IMG/VR virus record: IMGVR_UViG_3300021185_003028
Strand: one strand, 5' to 3'
Origin: an uncultured virus (IMG/VR IMGVR_UViG_3300021185_003028)
Taxonomy: Duplodnaviria; Heunggongvirae; Uroviricota; Caudoviricetes
Length of the DNA stretch: 64,000 nt
Shown here: one piece after another, positions 8,701 to 17,693 of the stretch
Numbering within the stretch: the stretch's first letter is position 1
Layout: each line of letters opens with the position of its first letter
Position numbers and translations under genes: made by a program
Notes under the pieces: generated by a model
What the model saw: only the letters and a program-made list of their open reading frames with translations
Told to the model about the DNA's origin: nothing
The model's database searches: none

Positions 8701-10827
8701 ACCGAGCGTTCCTATCGCTATCGAGCGAGGTACGGGTCTATCTCCGATGTATTCCCCTGTGCTCGTTATCTGTGACGCTTCTCCGATTGTTGGTCTCGAC
8801 GGTGAAGTAGAGTTCCTTGACGAAGCAATTGGTACATTCATGTCACCTTGAGTCATGCCCACTTGGAAGCCTGTGCCAATGCGGTCTGATGCCTGTTCCC
8901 CTGTTCCATGAAAGACAGCAGTGGACATATACGGATTCATTGCGCCGATAGTGGAGTTCGTTATGCTTGAACCTGACATGTCTTCAAGTCGTTCGGCTCG
9001 TACCGCAGGGTCGTTAGGAGTACCGTCACCGAGAATGTAGAATGTGGTGTCGTGAGCAGTCTCAGGGCCACCTAAACGACCCATCTGAATCGTTCCCGAT
9101 GGGTTGTACCCGCCTGTTACGGGCAACAGTGAATCCCTGACATTGAACGAGTATCTGATGTGGCCTGCTGTTGGTGTATCGAGTTCGACCTTTGAAACAA
9201 TCCACCATCCATTGCAGTCTTTTTCAGTGAGTGTGGCAGGTCGGCGACCGTCATATCGAGAACCCCAAATGTTGCCCGACTCCAATGACATATTCTGTTC
9301 TGAACCCAAGACACCGTCCATGCCCGACAAATACACTGCATCTCCGACTTCAAACGGCGTTGCTCCGTGTGGTTCGGGGGTTGATGTTGGGGGTGCATTC
9401 ACATCGACAAACATCATTCGTTGCATTTGCGTTCCACCCGTTATGGTGTGACTGACAGTATGCACCTCAATCCAGTCCACTGAGTTCTTTTTGGTGTTGG
9501 GCGGACACTCCATTGCTAAAGCGGATTGAGCAGGTTCGTGGCCTGCTAAGACAGCGTGAGTCCAATTTGACCCCTGTGCTCTCGGTGTGATTGGCCCTTG
9601 CACGAAGTCAAAGTACGGGTATATCCCCGCAGGTGTCCTGTCAAGGTAACTCGTAGCATCAACGGCGGCGACTCCGTTGCCACCGTCCCATTCCATGTAG
9701 AGGGTGTCCGTATTAGCCCCTCCTATGGTGCGTGCGGCATCAAAGACATAGGGGATGATGACTCCGTTGTTGAGGCTGTATGTGCCGTCCTTGAGGAACG
9801 CCGCAAGGGCCATTGCCATTCGGTATTTTGGAGCAGGGCAGTCGGATGAGTCTTGAGAAGTCCATATAGCCCGCAAATCTGTTGAAACGGTGGGTGCGTA
9901 AGCGTTCCCAATATCATGTGCTCTTGCCTCATTCCATCCCTGCAAGTGGTCTCCACTCGTCCCGACTTTTTTGTAAATAATAGTCGCTGAGTCCTCTCCT
10001 TCGGGGTCAGAGTCGTAGCGTGATATTCCGTTTCTGTTCCATCCCGAATTGCCCGCCGCATAGAGAGTTCGACCGTTCGTGATGTCTTTTGAGAATTGGT
10101 TGTTATCGAGCATCATAGGCATGAAGACCGTTGCTCGATATGGTGAGACTGTTGGGAAGGCAACATTCAATGTTGCATCGACGGGATTGCGAGGGTCAAA
10201 TTGGATGAGTGGGTTTCTGACGACTGCGGCGGGTGATGAGTGAACAGTGTCCCATTTGTTCTGAGGCAACCAAGCCACTTTTTGACTGTCGTCACTATCC
10301 CCGATGTGTCGATAGGTGTCAATGGTCTCAGCCAATTCCTGAACCGTCATAAATATGGGATACTGACCGCCCCTGTACTGCTTATGACCACCGTTGGCTA
10401 CGAACGAAGTCTTATTGCCATACTGTGTAACGCCGTTGTTGTCTGTGTATAGCATGTCGTCGCCTCCTGCACCTCCTTTGACATTAGTGGGTGCGACTAA
10501 GCGGACGGTCGTTCTCGTGCCATCAGCGTGATTGATATTGCATTTTGCATTGAGCGTTCCCGAATTGATAATCTCAATCGTAGGCTCGATGCCTGAAACA
10601 GTAGTTCCATCGTCGTCGATTGCTTCGACTCTTATACCTGCTTGCACTGACTCATCATCACTCGTTTCAGTATTGGAGGAGAATCGGCTTCGATAGAGCA
10701 CGGGGTCGATTGAGATACCAAGAACACCGTCGTCTTTGATGTGAATGGGCCACCACCGTTGTAACTCGGCGAGGTCACTTTTCACACGACTGAACGGGTG
10801 AAGTGGCTTCTTCTCGAACTTAGCCAT
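5698..10827 (-). CDS. Large virion/tail protein with C-terminal PKD domains (1709 aa)
   Basis: Directly after the tape measure gene; PKD signatures DMGDGT and WTFGDGS...HTFAEAGEY. Confidence 0.8.
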   Translation of the reverse strand: MAKFEKKPLHPFSRVKSDLAELQRWWPIHIKDDGVLGISIDPVLYRSRFSSNTETSDDESVQAGIRVEAIDDDGTTVSGIEPTIEIINSGTLNAKCNINHADGTRTTVRLVAPTNVKGGAGGDDMLYTDNNGVTQYGNKTSFVANGGHKQYRGGQYPIFMTVQELAETIDTYRHIGDSDDSQKVAWLPQNKWDTVHSSPAAVVRNPLIQFDPRNPVDATLNVAFPTVSPYRATVFMPMMLDNNQFSKDITNGRTLYAAGNSGWNRNGISRYDSDPEGEDSATIIYKKVGTSGDHLQGWNEARAHDIGNAYAPTVSTDLRAIWTSQDSSDCPAPKYRMAMALAAFLKDGTYSLNNGVIIPYVFDAARTIGGANTDTLYMEWDGGNGVAAVDATSYLDRTPAGIYPYFDFVQGPITPRAQGSNWTHAVLAGHEPAQSALAMECPPNTKKNSVDWIEVHTVSHTITGGTQMQRMMFVDVNAPPTSTPEPHGATPFEVGDAVYLSGMDGVLGSEQNMSLESGNIWGSRYDGRRPATLTEKDCNGWWIVSKVELDTPTAGHIRYSFNVRDSLLPVTGGYNPSGTIQMGRLGGPETAHDTTFYILGDGTPNDPAVRAERLEDMSGSSITNSTIGAMNPYMSTAVFHGTGEQASDRIGTGFQVGMTQGDMNVPIASSRNSTSPSRPTIGEASQITSTGEYIGDRPVPRSIAIGTLGVPTAEMTPNTPTIASTGNGSLRIPAPIGHDLAVRYEATGKDGHIPTDASNIGFNLSHTLWRVRQDATEGGHSDANSGGPSKWAWRGVSSPLWSFIDAQTGRHAWDYIKPSGWDYGRNRCWPAHERMGTRLSMSPSLLPDATGWTAGSGNLVEPAQETTKIGLSEIGCSPIFLDMEMTAFIPKRNNRLTIIEFDMNGADADMGRHHMIYETSERDMGFGFKPKWDGVGETGVWFNNEFSDIEGTTVTDPSAFEGSLGDAIGRVIDSGFATPAAAGYGAEWAGFSLDPDEKDPYATGTYTPFPPYPSSFVDNRPAVWFCPSATHFSDTAFQSTEGLVLPSTAGFGSMGTGFGQGPLFSYDEGINTVRTVFTTGGMTCIFNGDTIGTDPSAQEPIWGFQIKACNAFAFPNREPMFAGAQQFINSVDVGFPQYAHLDTEEPMMRVQVDNDIYNDYSGIDPVDTATAPTTKRMFVDNPTWATIENFYPATGLVSPLLIQDSGNRMCRADNPALQTSTADLQVDEIILRQIPTPAMLPFTVDTLKQQAVDVVSGLARYTSILIEADNISADKGMRVTVTLLEPPTTTGIAKEATTPITGFEDLDPDFIGGVGEVDLTALPTSAIVNGFVIRFNFYIPSSEQSDLHPIDWSATPIIRKYSVLFDHKPTAQNTIIGNTYDGSTATTVGQTTVQTFTTKVGHIISMRLQGLTTDADRKIKALKVDMGDGTITDFMPVTTPDTSAELDISHVYSSRPAGGTYDIKVYAQDDSDNESDYILIPNAFLRVTIVAAEPVAVLRAVPSMVRAGQAIRLDGSDSYTVDTSSSLSNFAWTFGDGSTGVNGATSHQDHTFAEAGEYMTTLIVTDALGTVSPYAKAVVKVLPATLIVPLTLSTKPSSFTRTRTAAITQTPILDAIYPEMTDMGQRGDEFTLSGAFLKETQETDIAFMEELLLSGVLVEFEYQEVNYTGVADSKTFTGRMVSFDYNRQGGSIDTTPYTASFVREAGLGA

Positions 10828-13161
10828 TCAAATAACCCCCCGATAGCCTCTGAATAACGATTTCTTAATCGCCGAAGGTAACTCAGTGTGTATCATCTGT
10901 CGCACCTGCGTAGCCGTAAGTCGGGCGTCACCGTTTATGACGATATTGCCTATCGAGATGTTCGTACCTCCACCACTGAGACCTGCTTCGTTCATGACGG
11001 CGTTTCTACGACCGCTCTTGCCTGCACCGAGAGGGACTACGGCTTCAGGGCCGTCCTCGCCAATCAGAGACACGGTTGGGCCAGTTACGATACCACCTGC
11101 GGCAAACGCCTTCTGAACGCCCATATCGGCAAGGTTAGACCCCTCACCTGCGAGGTCTCCACCTGCGACTCGACCTGCGGCGAATCCAACACCACCGCCT
11201 GCTATTTTTCCAGTAGCCGACTTGAACAGACTCTTGCCAACGACACCACCTGCACCGCCACCCAAGAGAGTGAGGGCCGAGCCTGCCGCTCCGACGATTG
11301 TATCCTTCAAACCTCCGACTATACCCAATCCAATGTTCTTCCATGTCTTCGGCGAAAAGTCGAGTGTGATGATAGCCATAAAAGCACTGCCAATGCCTTG
11401 TAGGACTGTGAGAATGCCACCCAACAATTGTAGGAATGGAGAGAGCAATTGCATCAGAATCGCAAACGCCGTTGTCAATAACCCGACGAGAGGGACAATG
11501 AACTTCAACGCCATGATGAATGCGGGCAGTGCATCGAGAACGATAGGAATTAACTGTTGGAGCGTGTTACCGATTTGAAACGCCAATCCCTTGAACAGGG
11601 GGATATTTTCTTTGATAGCCTCAGCAATCTCATCCTTGAACTGAGCCGAGATTTCAGCCAACATATCAATGAACGGTTGTCCGACAGCCAACATGGCTTC
11701 TTGGATAACAGAAGTGAAGAGGAAAAATGACTCCTTTGCAGAGCCGAGTGCGCCGTCTTGACCTTGAATGCTCTCCGTGAACTGTCTCGTTGCTCCCTGT
11801 GCGTTTTCGTTCTCCTTGACGAGTGCGTGGAATGCGTCTCGTTGAGTCAGCAGAGACGAGATGGCTGTTCCACCACGAACACCGAATATCTCCAATACCT
11901 GTGTAGTGGTTGCACCCGACGAAGCCAATTGGTCGAGTACATCACCGAGGCTCGTTAGGCCAGTGGCCTGTTGCTCAACGGTCTTCATGAGAGTCCTTGA
12001 CTCAGCGTCTAATTCCTTCTCTTTGAGTGTTAGGTTCGTTAGACTGCGCTGTGATTTAGCACGCTCCAAGTCCAGTGACATTTCATCAATGCGAAGTGAA
12101 TTGTTCGCCTCTTGAAGTCTTTCGATTTGCTTAATCTCAGTCTGTGTCAGGTCTCGACTTTGTCTTGCGGCTCGTTGCCTAATTTGCTCGATAGCCAAAG
12201 AGTTCGTTTGTTGTTGGATGCTCAGGTCAGTCAATTGACCATTGAGTGCTCTTATCTCATCCGATAAGGACGAGGTTTGCTTCTTGGTTCTGTCTAACTG
12301 ACTCGTGACCGACATCAACGATGCCTTCGCCGCTTCACCCGCAGGCGACAGTACCTGCACCGTCAATCCCAAATCGTTAATTGCTTTCTGAGAGTCAAAT
12401 GTTGGTTTCAACAATTTGTTAATCGACATACGGAGACCCGTACCTGCAACAGTGCCACGAAGACCTGCGTTACCAAGAGCACCCACAGCCGCCGCAGTCT
12501 CCTCGATGGCGATACCTGCGCTGTGAGCGACAGGAGCGGCGAACTTGAGACCCTCTCCGAGGGAGACAATATCTACATTTGAGCGGGTGAATGTTCGTGT
12601 CAGTACATCGGACACATGCTCAAGGTCGCTCATCTCCATCCCGAACGCCTTAACGCCTGCGATACCTATGCTCGTGGCCGTTTGAATATCGACTCCACCT
12701 GCGATAGCGAACTTGACGAGGTTCTCCAACGCCTTATCTGAAATCATCTCGTCCGCTTTGACACCTGCGATAGCGAGGAGATTGGCCGCTTCGCCGACCT
12801 GTGTTGCTGTGAAACGGGTCGATGCACCGACTTTCTTAATCTCCGTATCAAGGTCAGACATCTCGCCCGCAGTGACACCGAGAATAGCACCTGTCCGTGA
12901 GAGCACATCGTTGTACTCAAGGTACAGTTCCGATGACTGTTTGATGAATGTCCCCATGCTCTTTGCCGAGAGAGCGATTGCTGACAATCCCGCCGCAGTA
13001 GGGGATAGGAATGAACGAGCGATAGTACCGAACCGAGAGAATGCTCCACCTGCCGCATACGACGCCTGTGAGACCTCCGTCATGCCTTTCTTGAAGCCTT
13101 TGGTGTCCGCTCCTATCTCCACCAATACTTCGGTGATTCCCCCTCCCATAGCGAACGACAT
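10828..13161 (-). CDS. Tail tape measure protein (TP901-like core)
   Basis: STRFTATQVGEAANLLAIAG, GLKFAAPVA, GLRGTVAGTGLR; hydrophobic helices; FAAGGIVTGPT..IGEDGPEAVVPL. Confidence 0.92.
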   Translation of the reverse strand: MSFAMGGGITEVLVEIGADTKGFKKGMTEVSQASYAAGGAFSRFGTIARSFLSPTAAGLSAIALSAKSMGTFIKQSSELYLEYNDVLSRTGAILGVTAGEMSDLDTEIKKVGASTRFTATQVGEAANLLAIAGVKADEMISDKALENLVKFAIAGGVDIQTATSIGIAGVKAFGMEMSDLEHVSDVLTRTFTRSNVDIVSLGEGLKFAAPVAHSAGIAIEETAAAVGALGNAGLRGTVAGTGLRMSINKLLKPTFDSQKAINDLGLTVQVLSPAGEAAKASLMSVTSQLDRTKKQTSSLSDEIRALNGQLTDLSIQQQTNSLAIEQIRQRAARQSRDLTQTEIKQIERLQEANNSLRIDEMSLDLERAKSQRSLTNLTLKEKELDAESRTLMKTVEQQATGLTSLGDVLDQLASSGATTTQVLEIFGVRGGTAISSLLTQRDAFHALVKENENAQGATRQFTESIQGQDGALGSAKESFFLFTSVIQEAMLAVGQPFIDMLAEISAQFKDEIAEAIKENIPLFKGLAFQIGNTLQQLIPIVLDALPAFIMALKFIVPLVGLLTTAFAILMQLLSPFLQLLGGILTVLQGIGSAFMAIITLDFSPKTWKNIGLGIVGGLKDTIVGAAGSALTLLGGGAGGVVGKSLFKSATGKIAGGGVGFAAGRVAGGDLAGEGSNLADMGVQKAFAAGGIVTGPTVSLIGEDGPEAVVPLGAGKSGRRNAVMNEAGLSGGGTNISIGNIVINGDARLTATQVRQMIHTELPSAIKKSLFRGYRGVI

Positions 13162-13170
13162 TGTTTATTC

Positions 13171-13383
13171 TCACCTCCTCTTCAATTGCGAGTGCTTTGC
13201 ACTACGCTGTGATTGCTCCACTTGGTTATTATGCCTACGGTTCTTCTCAGCGTGCGCTGACATGAGGAAAACACGGTCACGGAGTTCTAAGTCCCGCCAT
13301 TCAGCGGGTGTCATGGAGTGAGCCTCCATAAGGTGAATCAGAAATTGCCCCTCGTCTGTTTCGGCGAGGGCTACTATTCCCCC
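13171..13383 (-). CDS. Tail assembly chaperone C-terminal extension (gpT-like), reached by -1 frameshift
   Basis: -1 frame is open from the GGGGGAA site to the stop at 13171; MTPAEWRDL motif; lies between chaperone and tape measure genes. Confidence 0.6.
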   Translation of the reverse strand, partial: GGIVALAETDEGQFLIHLMEAHSMTPAEWRDLELRDRVFLMSAHAEKNRRHNNQVEQSQRSAKHSQLKRR

Positions 13384-13712
13384 AACACTCCACCGCCTTG
13401 AGTCGTACCCAAAGCGAGGGTTATTTTGTTGGATAGTGCGGCGAGTGTTTGTAGAGGTAACTGCTTCAATTTGCCCCATGTGACTTCTTTGTCGCACTTT
13501 TGCATCATCTCACAGACCATGAGAAGACCGAGACGCTCTTGTTTGTCGTCGGGGTCAGTCAAGTTACGCATCTCAGGGTGCGATTTGAGAACTTGATATT
13601 CCCCTGCACTGAGAGGCATAACCTCGATTGCGTCCTGTCCGAGTCCCAAGTCGCTTATATCGACCAATACGGGACTGCCTGCTTGCTCTATTGCTGTGTC
13701 TAACCATGTCAT
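13374..13712 (-). CDS. Tail assembly chaperone (gpG-like)
   Basis: 112 aa; between tail tube and tape measure genes; ends TTG GGG GAA TAG. Confidence 0.7.
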   Translation of the reverse strand: MTWLDTAIEQAGSPVLVDISDLGLGQDAIEVMPLSAGEYQVLKSHPEMRNLTDPDDKQERLGLLMVCEMMQKCDKEVTWGKLKQLPLQTLAALSNKITLALGTTQGGGVLGE

Positions 13713-13732
13713 GTGTGTGCCTCCAACGAGAT

Positions 13733-13930
13733 TTATTCGTCCGTCTCAGGTTTGACGGTCTTGGGTTTTGTTTTTCCTGCCTTTTTTGGGAGAGTCTCCT
13801 GAGTCTCCACCCACGCTCGCATATCGAAGCCGATACCAAGCAAGCCGTCGGGCCATTCCGTAGGAACGATTTTGCCCGCCGTTTTGCACATTTGTTGTAG
13901 CAAAGGGAGATTGGTTCGTGTCATTTTCAT
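13733..13930 (-). CDS. Small hypothetical protein in tail operon
   Basis: Coupled to the upstream stop (TGATG). Confidence 0.5.
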   Translation of the reverse strand: MKMTRTNLPLLQQMCKTAGKIVPTEWPDGLLGIGFDMRAWVETQETLPKKAGKTKPKTVKPETDE

Positions 13931-14316
13931 CACTCCGCAAGGCACATGACAAAATTGCATATCGCTGTGTCAGCGAGAACAGAGATGTGTGTGATAGCGG
14001 CTTGACTTGCATCAAATCGAATACAGAATACGCCGTTAGGTGCAATGTTCAGAGCGGCGAAGTCAGCCGCCGCTCCTGTTTGTAGTGTGAGTGTGATGAA
14101 GTTAGTCGAGTCACGGTTCTCAAAGTAAATACCGTCAGCCTGTGCGAACCCGAAGGACGCTGTGCTGTATTGGACTGCGGCGAGGCCAACGCTTCCTTCG
14201 ATTTTGACAGCGTCTCCTGATGTGAATGATTTTGTACCACTCGATTCAGAGAATCCGCTTGCTCCGTCGCCCGCTTCTTGCGAGAATGTTGCTGAAAAAT
14301 TGTTATTCCTTGCCAT
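13930..14316 (-). CDS. Putative minor virion protein (beta-rich)
   Basis: Ser/Gly/Ala/Thr-rich; follows the tail tube gene. Confidence 0.6.
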   Translation of the reverse strand: MARNNNFSATFSQEAGDGASGFSESSGTKSFTSGDAVKIEGSVGLAAVQYSTASFGFAQADGIYFENRDSTNFITLTLQTGAAADFAALNIAPNGVFCIRFDASQAAITHISVLADTAICNFVMCLAE

Positions 14317-14327
14317 GCTAAATCGCC

Positions 14328-14741
14328 TCAAGCGTCTCTCGACCAGTCTAAGCCTTCAAAGGATGCGTTAATCATCAACGCTCCCTCAGCACCTGCTTCA
14401 ATGCCTTCTACGGCCATGTCAGTGAACATGCAACCCGTCAGTGTGTAGGTGTTTGCTCCTGTTGCCCCGCCTGCTCCGTCACCGTCGTTATCGAAGGTGA
14501 TGTCGAACACTTGGTCGGTGTTGAAGTAGGTGTAGAGTGTGTTGTCTCCAATGCCCCAAGCCTTCTTGAGAGTGCCTGAAACGGTTCGGAGACCACGAGT
14601 CAGAGATGCGCTTGTTTTGCTGTTCAGTTCAGTGTATCGGCCTGTTGCTACTGCGACAGTGAAATCGCCTGATACGAAGCCTACGAGGCTCGAAGAGACG
14701 GTGATTTTAGCAGTTACACCTGAGAATTGGTGGACGGTCAT
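14328..14741 (-). CDS. Tail tube (major tail) protein
   Basis: 137 aa beta-rich (TVSGTLKKAW, YTLTGCMF, INASFEG); structural-class promoter; heads the tail operon. Confidence 0.7.
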   Translation of the reverse strand: MTVHQFSGVTAKITVSSSLVGFVSGDFTVAVATGRYTELNSKTSASLTRGLRTVSGTLKKAWGIGDNTLYTYFNTDQVFDITFDNDGDGAGGATGANTYTLTGCMFTDMAVEGIEAGAEGALMINASFEGLDWSRDA

Positions 14742-14772
14742 ACCAATGCCTGTGGTCTATACGGTTCTTAAC
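14742..14772 (-). promoter_or_regulatory. Class III (structural gene) promoter, about GTTWWRAACC + 19-22 nt + ATG; one of about 12 copies
   Basis: Copies at 14763, ~25203, 33763, ~37087, 38707, 41393, 42136, ~42992, 45857, 46706, ~46995, 48587. Confidence 0.7.
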
Positions 14773-14777
14773 AGTCC

Positions 14778-15005
14778 CTACTTATCTGAGGTTTGCTTGG
14801 CGAGGTCTGTTAGGGACGAGGCAGTCTTTTGAATCTCATTCCGTAGCCTGTTCTCGTATGCAAGTGCAACCTGTTCATCGGTGATTCCCAATTGGGCTAC
14901 AATCAAATCCACTGTCGTCAGCAGGCGAAGACTGTTCCTGTCCTCATCTGTCAATCCCAATACTTGCTCGGCGGTTTCAGTCCATCTATTGTCGGTCATA
15001 TTCAT
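14778..15005 (-). CDS. Hypothetical protein
   Basis: ATGA overlap with the clamp gene. Confidence 0.6.
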   Translation of the reverse strand: MNMTDNRWTETAEQVLGLTDEDRNSLRLLTTVDLIVAQLGITDEQVALAYENRLRNEIQKTASSLTDLAKQTSDK

Positions 15006-15805
15006 ATCTCCTTGATTGCCTCTGTGGCGATTATGGTTATTTTGGGTTCTGTAAGGGTCTCTAAAGCCACGAATTGTCCTTTGTGGTGCTTGGAGACCTT
15101 GAGAGCATTTGAGGCCGTTAGAAGGCTTAGAATCGACTTTAATGAGTCAGTGAATGCAACGGTGAATGGTTCACCCTTGACTTCGGCTTCAATCGGAGTC
15201 CAAGAGCGGGTGGTTTTTGCAGTCCAGTGACCTGCTCTGACTTCGCTCTTGCTATCGAGAGTCATAACGACATACGGAGCATTGGCTGTCGCCATCTCCA
15301 TGCTCGCCGTCATCAGAACCGATTTGTCAATGAGAGCCTCGCTTGAAGCAGGCTCATTCTCAAACATCGGGAACAGCAATTTACCATCCTTGCTCGGCAT
15401 CACATTGCGGTCAGGGATTGTCATACAGTCGTCTTCATCGGCAGGCATTATCTCAGCACCGCCTCTGTCCTTCGTGGAGATTTTGATTGGCTCACTCGCC
15501 TCTGTGGATAGTCGGATTGTCTCGCCCCGTGATTTGCTACGGACGAGGTCAGCAACCTCCTTCGGGTTGCATACGATGGCACACGGCTCTTTGACCTTCA
15601 ACCCATCTATCGGGTATCTGTCAATGAATGTCATGATTGTCTTGCCTGCGTTCATCGTCCAACATGAAGCCCCTTCATTCTCAAAGAGGATGCGGACAGG
15701 GACAGCAGGTGTGTCGAGTGCAAGCATCGTCAGGAACGACGCAAGACTGCCACCGTTCGCTGATATGCGAGCGGAGCGTGTCACCCTTGAGTTCGGAGTC
15801 AGCAT
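15002..15805 (-). CDS. Divergent PCNA-like DNA sliding clamp
   Basis: About 267 aa two-domain alpha/beta pattern (ILFENEG..WTMNAGKTIM; NPKEVADLVRS..ETIRL); replication-class promoter; RFC subunits and a PolB PIP-like box are present. Confidence 0.6.
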   Translation of the reverse strand: MLTPNSRVTRSARISANGGSLASFLTMLALDTPAVPVRILFENEGASCWTMNAGKTIMTFIDRYPIDGLKVKEPCAIVCNPKEVADLVRSKSRGETIRLSTEASEPIKISTKDRGGAEIMPADEDDCMTIPDRNVMPSKDGKLLFPMFENEPASSEALIDKSVLMTASMEMATANAPYVVMTLDSKSEVRAGHWTAKTTRSWTPIEAEVKGEPFTVAFTDSLKSILSLLTASNALKVSKHHKGQFVALETLTEPKITIIATEAIKEI

Positions 15806-15834
15806 ACCCTCAGAGGGTGCGCCCACCTACTTAA
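15806..15834 (-). promoter_or_regulatory. Class II (replication gene) promoter, TTAAGTA/TCATATA/TGAAATA followed by GGTG(G/T)G; one of about 12 copies
   Basis: Precedes primase, clamp, Sak4-like, SSB, helicase, XPD, RFC-L operon, PolB and RFC-S, mostly 22 nt before the ATG. Confidence 0.75.
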
Positions 15835-16085
15835 CGGGACTTGCGGGAAAGGAAGTGCTTTGGGTCAAGAGGAACGGGGATGAGAACCTTGACCGAATCG
15901 GTCGCAAGGTATGGGTCTTCCAATTTGTAGGGTGGTTCATCGACTTCGATATAGCCCTTCTTGATGAGAGAGCGGATGGTCTGTATTTTGTATGGTTTCC
16001 ATCCACGAGGGTCACATTCAATGTATGTGTAGCCTTCGGTGAACCATTGCATTGCGTTTTTCTGTATGGGTGTTAGTCTCGCCAT
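15831..16085 (-). CDS. Small hypothetical protein, possible wHTH
   Basis: MARLTPIQK...TIRSLIKKGYIE; own TTATATAGG promoter. Confidence 0.65.
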   Translation of the reverse strand: MARLTPIQKNAMQWFTEGYTYIECDPRGWKPYKIQTIRSLIKKGYIEVDEPPYKLEDPYLATDSVKVLIPVPLDPKHFLSRKSR

Positions 16086-16123
16086 GTTTAATCGTAGGGC
16101 TATCACCTATATAAAGATGCCGA

Positions 16124-16468
16124 CTATACTTCATCGTATGCGTCGGGATAGGCGAGCCAAACCTTCTGAGGGTACTTGGTTCGGCCATCCAGTGAAGCGA
16201 TTCTGACTGAGCCTGCGTTGAAGAACAGGTGAGGCTTCTTGGCTAAGTGGTTCGATAACCTGTTCATCTCAAACGGTTGGTTATCGAGCGTGAGTATCTC
16301 GCCTGTTGATATTGGAGTTCCTTCGGGGAACACTGCACCTGCTTCAATCATGGCGGCCCAAAGACGACGGACATTGCGACCATCCGATTTACCTAAACGG
16401 CCCTTTCGCCGCTTGCCGTACTTCGACGACGGGACATGGTCTTCGTCGTCATTGGTCTTGGTCGTCAT
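16124..16468 (-). CDS. Basic hypothetical protein, possible wHTH
   Basis: Start MTTKT overlaps the nuclease stop. Confidence 0.55.
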   Translation of the reverse strand: MTTKTNDDEDHVPSSKYGKRRKGRLGKSDGRNVRRLWAAMIEAGAVFPEGTPISTGEILTLDNQPFEMNRLSNHLAKKPHLFFNAGSVRIASLDGRTKYPQKVWLAYPDAYDEV

Positions 16469-17684
16469 CCCCGCTCTCCTTTGGCTTGATGATAAGCATG
16501 CGTTGGGGTTTGACAATTTGAGTTCTCTTGATTGCGTCGGCAACATCATCGGGAAGAATAGGCAAGACCCTATCGACTGCTGAGTTCGATAAGGACACCA
16601 TAGTTCCGAACACATTCGGTGGTACGAGACGCTGAACCTCAGAAGGAATGTACGAGCGGCGGTTTTGTTCTCTCCACTCAATCGACCAATTGTCAGTCTC
16701 GGTTTTACAGTCTTCGACCTTCATGGTGCGGTCGAATACCTCGGTCTTGATATGATTGTCGATAGCCTTTTTGCGCTTCTCAAGCATGGCCTTGCTCGCC
16801 TTGATTGTTGCCAGTTCGTCGAGCATGTCATTGAGGTCTCCATCGAGGTTCGGCGTGAGCATGTCCCACGCACCGTTTTGAAGCAGTGATTGAGCCTTCG
16901 GGCATATCGGGCTGTACGAGCACCACTGACAGCCCTTGCCTATCTCAGCAGGTACTTTCATGGTGTCAGACGAATCAACGGCGAGAATGGACTCGTATTG
17001 GCCGTGTAGCCAGTCCTTGAAGGTCTCAAGCCTCTCATCAGTCCACACGGTCGTAACTGTGCCATGTCGTTGTAGGTCAAAGGTGAATTGAATTGGTCTG
17101 TCAGGCCACCATTCACGGGCCACTGCGAGGTATATTGCGGCTTGAACCGAGTGGTCAGCCTCTGCCTGTGTTATGTCGAGCCGTTGGGTTTTGTAGTCAA
17201 TCAGTTCGATAGTGCCATCCTTATGTTCGATGATGAGGTCAATGAAACCGAGAACGGGCGTACCTGTCCTCTCAAGGATATGCGGCCCGATAAGGGGGTC
17301 GAACGAACCAAACATACGCTCGCAGTAAAGCACACGAACGGGGTCTCGACCACGACGGTCGAACCAACGCTTGAGCATTTTCTTGCCGTCTTCATAGAAC
17401 GCAAAGTCCACTTCACGCTCGGCATTGACTTCTTTGTAGTAGGTCATTAGTCGGCCGAATGAGGGCTTCGGTGTCTTGCCCGTCTCAGGGTCAGGTGTTC
17501 GCCAACGCTCAAGAGCGTCGTGAACATTGTTCCCCATGCGCCCTGCTTGGCTGTTGTCACGATGGTTGCCAACCTCCTTCAATGCTTGAGCATCGGCGTT
17601 GGGTTCTTCGTAGTGGAAATGGTACTTGAGAGAGCATTCCTGCGCTGTTTTCAACCGTGAAGCGGATATGTAGGGAACTCGCAT
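16449..17684 (-). CDS. PD-(D/E)XK RecB/AddB/Cas4-like exonuclease with Fe-S staple
   Basis: SASRL..C, GNNVHDALE, GFIDL, IDYKT, QAAIY, CQWCSYSPIC. Confidence 0.85.
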   Translation of the reverse strand: MRVPYISASRLKTAQECSLKYHFHYEEPNADAQALKEVGNHRDNSQAGRMGNNVHDALERWRTPDPETGKTPKPSFGRLMTYYKEVNAEREVDFAFYEDGKKMLKRWFDRRGRDPVRVLYCERMFGSFDPLIGPHILERTGTPVLGFIDLIIEHKDGTIELIDYKTQRLDITQAEADHSVQAAIYLAVAREWWPDRPIQFTFDLQRHGTVTTVWTDERLETFKDWLHGQYESILAVDSSDTMKVPAEIGKGCQWCSYSPICPKAQSLLQNGAWDMLTPNLDGDLNDMLDELATIKASKAMLEKRKKAIDNHIKTEVFDRTMKVEDCKTETDNWSIEWREQNRRSYIPSEVQRLVPPNVFGTMVSLSNSAVDRVLPILPDDVADAIKRTQIVKPQRMLIIKPKESGDDDQDQ

Positions 17685-17693
17685 TTTAATGCC

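Noticed and set aside
16449..17684. Cas4 as evidence of a CRISPR-Cas system
   Set aside because: It is a standalone RecB/AddB-like nuclease within a recombination module with a Sak4-like ATPase and SSB.
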